Shown here one piece after another: positions 53,111-64,000 of a stretch of DNA of 64,000 nucleotides. The DNA is from Schmidtea polychroa. Taxonomy: Eukaryota. The notes under the pieces were generated by a model. It was not told where the DNA came from, made no database searches, and saw nothing but the letters and a program-made list of their open reading frames with translations. The first letter of the stretch is position 1. Each line of letters starts with the position of its first letter. Both the position numbers and the translations under genes were made by a program. Location of the stretch: the NCBI GenBank assembly GCA_044892525.1, contig CM097885.1, positions 46,688,001 to 46,752,000 of the forward strand. The letters run 5' to 3'.

Positions 53111-53728
53111 ATGGAAAAATACAAAAAAGGGTTAACCATTAAAAGTCCTTTACCCAAATTTAATTTTATTTCAGAAGATTGTGTTCACATGAATGTGAAA
53201 AATGGAAGTAAAATTAAAAATCTGATTGAATTTGCTATAAAGAAAATTGAAGACCCTAGCGTTTATCAGGTGTTTTATTTAAAAGATTTTAATATGTTAC
53301 ATATTGAATATACTTTTTTTTTACATCTAATGCTTAAAAATTAATTTATATTTTAAATTTAGATGGCTTGGTGGGGAGATGATAAATCAATTACCAAAGC
53401 AATTACATGTGCAGAGCGAATTAAACATACTTTTAGTGACGTATTGTACCAAATTACGAGAGTCTTCTATAATAGCGTTATTATTAAGTATGAGCCGATT
53501 GATTCCGACTTAGAAACATTAGAAGCTACTCGGAATATTCCTTCAATTTTGATATTATTGTCTAAAATCCAATTTAGTCAAGTGGGATTGCAGTACCAGA
53601 CTTCTAAAATGAATATAAATGATATTGTTTACAGTACTTCTCAGGGTCATGTGGTGAAATTATTAAAAAAAGTAAAAAGAAAACAAAACTTATCTCGATT
53701 GCAAAATTCTGTTTTAAACAAAGATTGA
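53111..53728 (+). CDS. RPP25L: Ribonuclease P/MRP subunit p25-like (Alba domain), 2 exons: 53111-53269 and 53363-53728
   Basis: Phase-0 GT-AG intron; HMNVKNGSKIKNLIEFA..ITKAITCAERIK..LYQIT..EP....LETL...RNIPSILILLSK match Rpp25/Alba motifs. Confidence 0.85.
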
Positions 53729-54149
53729 CTTTTTTGTTCAATAAATAATATATGGAAATATTTGTATTTTATTGTTGAATTATGTAGTTTTTTCTGTGGA
53801 GCTTAAAATTAAAAACTATTGTCACTAGTTATCATTTGTTTTTCAATGATAAAAGTTTTGCCGATTGAATTCTAGTTAAATATCTTCATATCTATCGCAG
53901 ATGAGTGGGAAGCATGTAGAAAATCAATTCGGAATATCATTGAGATGTGTTACGGAATGAAGGAGTTCCACAGGTTGTGCAGCAAAGTCTGATTAATAGT
54001 TTTAATTTGATTAGGAATACTTTACAAAGAAACATCACAGTTTGTTATTACAAATTGCTTCACTTTTCTCCAAATCTTTTTCAACACTTTCATAGATAAC
54101 AATAACAAAATTGTCATTCCAACTGAATAAGGAAAATTCATTTGACCAA

Positions 54150-54500
54150 ATTTTTATTTTGAATTTCCCACTTTTTAAATCTTGTTATGTCAATTCATTG
54201 TGATGATGACAAAATCATTGATATTGGTAAATCAATTCATCAGTTATTTCCCATACCACTGTTGGGTAGAACTAGACATTGGCCTTTCAGTATGTAAAAT
54301 CATATTGAATAGATCGCAATATTTATAATAAGATGCAATTCCATCCGCCGGCAGAATAAATTTTGAAACATGTGTATATAAATGTCTATAACATATTTAT
54401 TGGCATAGAACCAACGTTGCATGAGAAGAACCTTGTAAGGGAACAACATTAGAAACAAAACATCTAGAGGCAAACAAATACGACAATAATTCATAGATAT
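54150..54500 (-). pseudogene. EIF3L: eIF3 subunit L fragment with stops and frameshifts
   Basis: CYRHLYTHVS....SYYKYCDLFNMIL....LVLP-QW-WEITDELIYQYQ*F matches the recalled eIF3L YRHIY..SYYNYCNLFN..LPNQWLWDIIDEFIYQFQSF. Confidence 0.75.
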
Positions 54501-54836
54501 CTAAATTTCGTTAAGTTCAAAAATTTATTTTGTACGAATGTTCCAAAAACGAAGCCCAAATTTTAATAATTACCAATTTAAACCAAACTTCCTCGAATAA
54601 ACCTAATATACCTCGAAGAATGAGAAGAACCAATGTTGCATGAGAAGAACCTTGTAAGGGAACAACATTAGAAACAAAACCTCTAGAGGCAAACAAATAC
54701 GACAATAATTCATAGATATCTAAATTTCGTTAAGTTCAAAAATTTATTTTGTACGAATGTTCCAAAAACGAAGCCCAAATTTTAATAATCACCAATTTAA
54801 ACCAAACTTCCTCGAATAAACCTAATATACCTCGAA
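54407..54836. repeat. Tandem duplication of ~211 bp (period 219)
   Basis: 54407-54617 and 54626-54836 are near identical. Confidence 0.95.
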
Positions 54837-57385
54837 CAAAAAAAATCCAAAAATCTAAAAACCAATTAATTAAAAATTATATTACCACTATTCCACCTTC
54901 AAATGGTCATATTTTACTGATATTCACCCGATTTAATTTATAATTAAAATCACCCGATAAATTTCTTTCAATAAACATCAATTTTCCGAAGGGTGCCAAT
55001 AAGCATTCAAATTATCGTTGTAATATCGAATTATTTGTCTCTGAAAATTAGTAATCTATTGTGTTAATCAATAAAGTCTATACCGCCTGGAGCTCGTTAC
55101 AGTCATTAAACAATGCAAGAATTACGTCAACAATTGATAATATTAATTTTCAAAGTCGACCCCAACAGTAGTAAGATGATAATAATAAAATTTAAATAAT
55201 CGAGCTTAGACTGAATTCTCGTATCATACCATTGCGCATTCATCCTAGGAAACCTCCCTTTTACGACATCCTTCGTGATTACAGCATTCAACATCATTCA
55301 TTATTTAATGTTTCATACTCTTTGCATTAATTCATAATTTTTTCATGGAGTCTTCTCTTTAATTGTGTGTAGCCTTGATTTTCAATAATGATAAAAATTA
55401 AAATAAACTGAATTCAAAATTTTCAAACACTTAATATTATATGAGAAAAATTCTAAAAAACACTGAATAAAAAAACCTTAATATAAAATGATCAGGCATC
55501 CCAAATTTGAGTTGTTTAACTCTCGCTGAAAACTATCCCAGAAAGTGTCCCACATTAGATAAATAACACTTTTAACGTTTTCACTTTTAAAATTTTTAAA
55601 AAAAGAAAGCAGAGAAAAAAATTAAAATATTTTTTTGTTTCTTTTTTTCCATACAATTTATAGTTATAATAGTTGTATGATATAATGTACATTGTAAAAT
55701 TTGTACAATATAATCTGCTTTTTTAAATAATTAGTATACAGTCTTTTTCAAAATTTAAATATGCAATTTACACACTTTTCTAGTGTAGAAATAAAATATT
55801 GTTCTTGCCATAGTATTCCATAATTCACATCGTATTAGTGAGTATTCATGCAAAGGTCTAGTATAAAAAGACAAGACATCCCGTATTATATGGTTTTGAT
55901 TTGAACATTCAAATAAAATATATCTTGCAACTTTAACTTAATAGTATTTATAAAACCTTCAACATTGTTGAAATTTAAGCATAAAATAAAAATTATTTTT
56001 CTAGTAATGAAATAGTAACAAAAATAGAATATCGATTTTATTTGCACTTATTTATATATAGATTTAGACAGTATATTTATCGTTAATTTTAGTAACATTT
56101 ATTGTTACTTGTCAAGTGGATGATTTTTGTTTGAGTGATGGCGTAGTCATCTTATATGTTCTTGGAAAATATGTCGAAAGTTTTATTTATTGATCAATAG
56201 TGGATCAATATTTTTTGATCAATATTTACGTTATTGCGAATATAAATTTTCTAGTAATTATGAATTTAATCATGCTCTCAATCAGGACTTGCCTATCTAT
56301 ATCGCTTGTAATGCCACCGCCAATCACCGTTTTCTATTTACTTTCTATTTACTTAATAACTTGATGATCGTCTTTTACTATTAGAATGGTATATAAATGT
56401 TGGATGATGAGGGTAGGCCCATCACCACATTCACCCTCAGTAAGTATTACAGAAATGGGCCTAAGAGTTATAGAATCAACATATGCGCCAAAGAAGGATC
56501 ATCATAAAAAGTCAACAATATCAATCCAATCCAATTCAATGTATATATCGAACGGACAATTATTCAACTGACAATCATTTGTGATTATTAACTATTTAGA
56601 ATTTTTGATTATCGGTGTACGCTTTATTTAATTGTCCTAAACGGACATTAAACATACTGTAACAAACAGTATATGACATTAAAACCAATCATAATTTAAT
56701 TTTGTAAAACTTTCGACCGTTTTTGATAAATAACAAGTTTTAAAAATTGACATAATCAAATAGACATTCTAAATATTTAATTTTCGAAATATAAAATTAA
56801 TTTCTTCATTTTATATGATATTACTGGAGATTTTTACTGCGTTTTTTATCATTTAATTTTTTACTTTAATTATTTTATTTCTCAAATTTAACTATTTCCT
56901 TTAAGTAATTAATTTTTAATTCTTTAATAATATAATTTTATTCCTCGTTTTCATCATCCTATGGTGGTTTTTCAATTTGTTTCATTTCTTGTGCTTTTAT
57001 GCTATGTTTGCATATAGTATTTAGATTTATGTGATGTTTTCGCTTATAACTTAGTTTACTTTTTGTATTTATTTGTATTTTTTTAACTTAATTTATTAAT
57101 GTTTACTTGATGTTCTATCTTTCGATTTCAATTCAATCTGTTACCTGTTTACATAGCTGTGTTACAAATACATACAAATAAAGGAGAATACTAATGTTTC
57201 AGACCTAGTTTTGGTCTAACACTTTATAACGTGAAGATATATTTTCTATTTGACAGATTTGTTTAAATAATCTTTACTTAAAGCAAACTTTCAATAGTAT
57301 TTAAAAATTAATCAAATATTTATTTTTGAAAATTTATTTTTGAGTCAAAATAGTTATTCTATATCACATACTTTTAATTATTAAA

Positions 57386-58694
57386 ATGGATTGGTCACAT
57401 AGTCGAGAATTTCGTCTCCCTATTTTCAACTATTCTATTTCAACAGAAACTACAAGAGAACAGATTAAAACCGAAGAATTAGTAAACGATGTCTATTATA
57501 CTCATAAAGAACATTTTAAAGAAAATTATCTTAAATTATATAAAATTATTCACGTTGTTTTTGCAAAATCTAAACTATATGATTTACCAAATACTTATGA
57601 ATCTTTGGATGCTAGTCAAAGTTGGCTGATATTCTGGAATGTACATGCTTTAAAATTGTTAAATTTTACTATTCCCGATAATTTGAAATCCGGAATTATC
57701 AAAGCTATTAAATCTTGTCAAGTTGGTTCCAAAGAATTTGAAATATTTAGAAATTGATTTATTCGATTTTCAGAATACTGAAGGTGGATTTGGTGGTGGT
57801 CCTTTTCAGTTGTCACATATGGCCACAACTTATGCATCTGTTATGTCCCTTGTTGAGCTGCAATCAGAAGAAGCTCTTGGTGTCATAAAAAGGGAAGCTT
57901 TATTAAAATGGTTTTTAGATATAAAATTGGACAATGGTGCTTTTACAATGCACTCAGGTGGTGAAGTTGACGTTAGAGGTTGTTATTGTGCTGTGGCTGT
58001 TGCAAAAGCAACAGGTATTTATTCAAAGGAACTCTTTAAAAATACAGCTAAATGGATAGCTTCTTGTCAGGTAAATTGAAAAAAATTGAAATTAACAAAT
58101 TAATGATTACATTAGACTTACGAAGGAGGATTTGGTGGAGCTCCCGGGCTTGAGGCACATGGAGGATACAGTTTTTGTGCACTTGCCGCTCTAATATTGC
58201 TGGACAGCGTCCATTTGATTGATTCAGATCGATTATTACGATGGGCAGTGAATCGACAAATGAGCAGCGAGGGTGGATTCCAGGGCAGGACAAATAAATT
58301 GGTGGACAGTTGCTACAGTTATTGGGTAGGTGCGCTGTTCCCGTTGATCCAGCAGACATTGAACGGCAACCCCAATAGCGATGATTTGATATTCGACAGG
58401 CCCTTGTTCGATGTGAACGCATTGGAGGAATATGTAGTCGCCTGCTGCCAAATGCTCGACCAGCCCTATCACAACCCGAACGGCGGAGGATTGATAGACA
58501 AACCCGGCAAGAAATCTGATCCCTATCATACTTGCTATGGATTGAGTGGGCTCAGTATAGCTCAGAGTTATGAGCGGCTGCTGAATCGGTACCGCGCTGA
58601 TAACTTGCTAACTCATGATCTCGATGTCATTGATCCGATTTTCAATGTTTCTGTCAATGCGCTGGAATTTTGTTTGCATTATAATGCCAAATAG
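57386..58694 (+). CDS. FNTB: Protein farnesyltransferase subunit beta, 3 exons: 57386-57721, 57774-58070, 58116-58694 (403 aa)
   Basis: LDASQSWLIFW, GGFGGGPFQLSHMATTYA, GGEVDVRGCYCA, CQTYEGG, EAHGGYSFC, GGFQGRTNKLVDSCYSYW, GGLIDKPGK, DPYHTCYGLSGLS; phase-0 GT-AG introns. Confidence 0.95.
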
Positions 58695-58755
58695 AGATTG
58701 TCTTTATTTTCATTACTCGAGCTCAGCATGTCCACCTTGACTGTGTGTATTTTTA

Positions 58756-58793
<38 letters not shown>

Positions 58794-59591
58794 CTGTACA
58801 AGTGACAGAAAGCTATTAAGTGCTTACGGCAATATTAAAAAAACAAATCTTATTGCTACGGATACTATTATTTATTTTATTAGTCATAAATGTATCAAAC
58901 CAAGAATGGACCAGAATTATGCTGCTAACTGGATGTCGCCTCGGCTGCATATTTAGTATATATATCTTTGGTCTTTTTGAATATACAAATTTAGGTCGTT
59001 GAATTAATATATGGAGGAAGTGTACAGAGGCAAAGAAATATTAAGATAAATCAAGGAAAGGAATATTGAGAAATGAAGCAAATTTTGTGTTATCAGCGTT
59101 TAGAAGACTAATGCAACATTTGGTTATAGATGGCAGTTGAAACCTGGCCATGAATGTATTGTACATTCATTTCCATTTGCCTATTAACTGATAGTATCAC
59201 TCAATTTACTAACTATATATGAATCTAATTGTGGTCATTATCAAATTATTTGAAGGGATGTTTTATTTTTAATTGGAATAAGTAAATTTATACATCATTA
59301 GATAGCTTATCATTTATTAATCCTAATTCAATTTTTCGATGTAACGATATGTAATGAGCTGTTGATTTTTAATCTATGTATTAAATGTGTATTTACAAAT
59401 AAAGTTTTCCTTGTGTGATACATGAAAACCATTAACTTTTAGGTAAACAATTTTTAAATTCAGACAAAAGTCTATAATAATGGCTTGTGGGTTGCCTTAC
59501 AGCAGTTTATGGGTACCTTTATATTTATGCAAACCTAAACAGTAATTCTTAAATCACATTAAGATTTTCTGAAATAATGAGTGATGTAAAG

Positions 59592-59869
59592 CAGTGCTCA
59601 AAGTGGTGGTCTGTCAGTCAAAAGTGACCTGTCCGCATAACATTTTTGTAAATTTTATTTTATTTTTAAGCATTAAAATATTCGTGCACTATTGCATGTG
59701 GCGGATTGACAAACTTATTAAAGACAAACATACACATTAGTGTATTCGTTAATAATTTTTTTGTAATGTTTATTTGTTACATTTTTAATAAATATTACTA
59801 ATTAAAATTTTTTTTTTGGATTAGGAAAAAATAACCGGTCCGCGACACAAAAAAGTTTGAGAAGCACTG
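59592..59869. mobile_element. hAT (Charlie-type) MITE
   Basis: cagtgctcaaa / tttgagaagcactg ends; TSD ATGTAAAG at 59584-59591 and 59870-59877. Confidence 0.88.
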
Positions 59870-60385
59870 ATGTAAAGCTTTGCTTATGAAAAGTTATCTT
59901 CCGCTCACATAACTGTTTGGTTCGTAAACAGGTCATAAGATCTAACTCCAATAAATAACGTTGATTTACTCAACTGAATATCGGACTCGAAACGCTATTA
60001 TATATATTACCAATAAGTTTTGCAGAGTCAAAAACGCGGAAATAAAAAGTGTGTCGAGGGTAAAACGGTTGAAAAACTAAAATCAAACGAAAACAAAACG
60101 AAGAGTTTGGACACTGCCTTAGGGGTTCAATCTAAACTTTATCTAAATGATGAAAATAACAAAAAAATACAGATCAAACAAATATTTGGTTAAATAGAGT
60201 CTGGGAAGTCTAGCTTCCAGAAAGTTTTTCTCTATTCAAAGTGAAATGTTATGTCCTATTGATATTTGACGTTTCAAAAGGACAAGGTCCTTGAACTAAT
60301 GTTGACCGAAACTAATAGAGACGAGAACCAAATGAAAAGTGACTAGTGAAACCCATGGGGAAATATAATTTCCTTGAGCTACTAT

Positions 60386-61400
60386 TGTTGGGCTGAATTA
60401 CCCAAATGATGGACATTACGTGAGACTGAATTGGATATAAAGGAAAAGTCCAGAATAAAAGCAAATAAGCAAATAGGTTTAACATTAATCGAATTAAATA
60501 AAAAGAAAACTATAAAATAAAGAAAGTCGAAAGAGTCAATAAGGAAAAACCTAAGCAAACTATAAAATAAAAACAAAATAATTAAAAATAAAAATCACAA
60601 GAAACAGAAATAGTTATAAAAAAAATAAGATATTAACCAAGAGCAACCGACAAAAGAGAAAAAAATAATTTTATAAAAATAATATTAAAAAAAAATTAAA
60701 TCCGAAAACGAGAAAACCAAATAAGAACATAAAATATTAACAAAAATTAGAGAAAAATTGAAAACGGATTATTACACACATAAGATTTAACGAAAACCCA
60801 CAAAAGTTATATAGAATATAAAAAATAAATGAAACAATAAATTAATAAAATAAAAACAAAATAACACCTAATAAAACAATTTAAAAATAGAAAACAACAA
60901 AAAATAGACAAAACACAACACAGCTTAGTCCTGATTGGACCAAATATAGTATATAAAGTAAACGTTAAATCATTTTCTTAACTCTACCAAATTCAATATA
61001 GGTAAAATTTGTTTAATTTTTAACTCATTTAACTCTACCAAATTCAATATAGGTAAAATTTGTTTAATTTTTAACTCATTTAACTCTACCAAATTCAATA
61101 TAGGACTAGACTCAGTGAAATTACGGACTCATACTATCAAGGATTCATAGGATATCAAACCCAATCAACTTAAAATCTATTACGGAAACGAAAGTCTTTT
61201 GACAACCGATAATTTGCAGATATTTTCAGGACTACTTATCCAGTTCAGTCTCACTGTTTTCGATTAAAGGATTCAAGTAATACTTATGATTATTCTTTAC
61301 TTCATTTAGATTCATGTAGTAGTAGTAGATAATTTTATTCATAAAAAATTTAGTTAATAAATCATTTTAATTTCAAATGCTTATGATTTTTCTTCTTCAC
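60386..61400 (+). mobile_element. LTR-like sequence with CCAAT/TATA (60931-60957) and an internal ~51-bp tandem repeat (60979-61104)
   Basis: Begins TGTTGGGCTGAA like the 52670 copy; 3' boundary uncertain. Confidence 0.5.
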
Positions 61401-62202
61401 GGTACTGTCGACGGTGCCATCTGGAAGATCCGGGTATGATGCTTATGAACCGAAAATATGACAATGATGTTTTATAAACTGAAAATATGAAAATGATGGT
61501 TATATGACAATCGAAGAAATTCCAAGAATATGAAGAATGCCAAATTTTTCGCAGAATCAGAGATATGGAAATTATGACTGAGAGTGTTTGAATTGTGTCT
61601 TTGTAAATACCACGGAAAATGCGAACGATAATGATAAAATCACGCGAAGAGCATCATACTCGGAATCCAAATGACATGGTCGTCAGGTAAATGGATTATG
61701 TTTATTAGTTTATTAAAAAATCATAATAAACTTTTTTACTCGCGCCACCTCACTAAATAAAAAAAATTAAAATTAAATATAAAAAAATTAAATGATAAAA
61801 AAGAAAAAGTGACAAATATGGATTTATTAGAGAGATACTGGAAACGCGGGCGCAACGTATACCTTATTCTACCACGATACGAAAGCGCGCTCGTGACTTC
61901 GTGCGATGCAATCGGTGTAGATCGCTCAACTTCGTTCGATAAAGTCGTCACCGCGACGCGCGGCATTTCACATTTACGTCTAGTCAAGTTTACGTTTAGT
62001 CAAGTTTACGCAAATTTACGTCTAGTCAAGACCACCACTGCATTTGTATTCTGCGTAAATCAAATATTTATTGATTTTCATCAGGCATTCATTATAAAAT
62101 TTCAACGTAAGTATAATTTACAATATTAAATAACTAATTATATATTAAATAACAATATTAAATAATTACAATGTATAATAAATTTTAACTTAAAATCCTT
62201 AG

Positions 62203-64000
62203 ATGTCTGGAATCGGAAAAAAATCAAAATTATCAGGCGCGCAAAATAAGAAAAATAGACTTCAGCGAGAAGACGCTCGACAAAAGCTATCAGGTTCTTT
62301 AGATAAATTCACTATTAAAACTATTAATCCTACTACGACTGCAACGGAAGAAAATCAAGACCTGAATTTCGAAACACAAAGTTCTTCTGGTGCATCCACA
62401 AACTCTACAATAGAAAACGAATCGAAAGAAAGTAATAAAACCGATTCCGATTCCGAAAAAATTGATTTTAACGATCCGGCTACTTGGCCAAAACAAATTA
62501 ATATAAAATTAAGAGATTGTTTAATAGAAAATGATCCTAAGCAATTAATTTTGAAAGACTTCCCAAAAAATGAGTCTGGACGTAAATTTTCTGATAATTA
62601 TTATTATCGAACTTTATCAAACGGCGAAAAAATTTGCAGGAGTTATTTGCTTTATTCGAAAACTCAAAATTCAGTATTTTGTTACTTTTGCAAATTAATG
62701 TCTGACAATACTACACAACTTACTAGTGGTTGTAATGATTGGCAACACTTAAGCCACATATTAAAAGTTCACGAAACTAGTGTTGGGCACATAAAAAACA
62801 GTTCAAAATATAGCGAATTGAGAATGTCACAAAAAAAAATTGTACAATTGATGCAATGCAACAACGACTCTACGAAACCGAAAAAAATTATTGGCGATCG
62901 GTCGTGGAACGAATTATTCATATAATACAGTATTTATCAAGACAATGCTTGGCATTTAGAGGTTCATCTAAAAATCTTTTTCAAAACGGCAACGGAAACT
63001 TTTTGAAATTAATAGAAACCATAGCTAAATTCGATCCAATAATGTCTGAACATTTACATCGCGTTCAAACGTTTGAGAAAAAGAATATTAGTCATTATTT
63101 AGGTGATCAGATTCAAAATGAAATAATTAGCATTATACGTGATGCTATTAAGAAAAAGATTTTAGAAATGCTCCACTCTTCAAAATATTATTCAATCATT
63201 CTTGATACAACACCAGACATAAGCCATACTGAACAGTTAACCATTGTCATAAGATTTGTTTATCACAATAAATCGAGAAATGTTGCAGAAATTCGTGAGC
63301 ATTTTTTAGGATTCCAAAGTGTAACTGACACAACCGGTGTAGGTTTATTCGAGTTCATCATTAACCATTTGAAATTAATGAACATTAATATATCAGATTT
63401 ACGCGGACAGTCGTACGATAACGGAGCTAATATGCGTGGGAGACATAATGGACTTCAACAAAAAATTCTTGAAATAAATTCACGAGCTTCTTTCGTTCCA
63501 TGCGCTGCTCATTCATTAAATTTGGTAGTGAACGATGCAGCTAAAATTTCATTTGAGACGGTAAATTATTTTAGTGTGATTCAAGAACTATATAATTATT
63601 TTTCAATTAGTGTGAAACGGTGGGATGTATTAAAAAATACGTTAAAAACTTAACCCTAAAACCACTTTCTGCAACTAGATGGGAAAGTCGGATAGAAACC
63701 CTGAAACCTCTGAAAATGTATATGTCAGAAATTTATCAAGCTCTATTAGATATCACTAATGACCACACAAAAGACATGGATTCTAGAGCTCAAGCAAATA
63801 ATATAATTTCAAAAATTTGTTCTTTTAAATTTTTGTGTTCCGTCTCAATTCGGTATGATATATTGAATCTTGTCAATATTGTCAGCAAAATAATGCAAAA
63901 GCCCACATTCGATTTACAATTAGTAACAGAAAATCTTAATTCAATTTTGAACAACTTAAAAAGTCTTAGAACTGATGATAAATTTGAAGAACTTGTGACG
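62203..64000 (+). mobile_element. hAT transposase (ZMYM1-like, TTF zinc finger/DUF4371), frameshifted, runs off the window
   Basis: DPATWP, GRKFS, LLYSK..VFCYFCKL, DWQH..HETS..H, LAFRG, GNFL, IQNEII, YYSIILDTTPDISHTEQL, RGQSYDNGANMRG, VPCAAHSLNLV, RW; frameshifts near 62850 and 63640. Confidence 0.92.

Noticed and set aside
58048..58529. Antisense ORFs over FNTB (likewise over PolB, hAT and PSMA6)
   Set aside because: Shadow frames of real coding sequence with no recognisable motifs.

Overview
AT-rich, repeat-dense animal genomic DNA with very short (about 42-60 nt) GT-AG introns and many (ATT)n tracts. This fits a freshwater flatworm-like genome, which is an inference only. All protein identities come from recalled family motifs, not database searches. 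Host genes: a multi-exon TBC1D32/BROMI gene (+, about 14430-38756, 5' exons outside the window), an RPP25-like Alba gene and farnesyltransferase beta (FNTB). There are also decayed fragments of PSMA6 and EIF3L. The rest is mostly mobile DNA: several hAT elements and MITEs with exact 8-bp TSDs, a pogo-like MITE, a Helitron-like element, LTR remnants, a Penelope-like element (5' inversion, dead hammerhead) and a one-ended Polinton/Maverick with a pseudogenised protein-primed PolB. The most notable structures are: (1) a giant non-coding foldback with arms of at least 4.9 kb, probably about 8 kb, that ends in a Polinton-like terminus and shares a subterminal motif with the Polinton at 40411; (2) a four-exon spliced gene with three 42-44 nt phase-1 introns just upstream of the Polinton PolB; (3) a microsatellite-embedded hairpin carrying a U3-A8 variant minimal hammerhead ribozyme.
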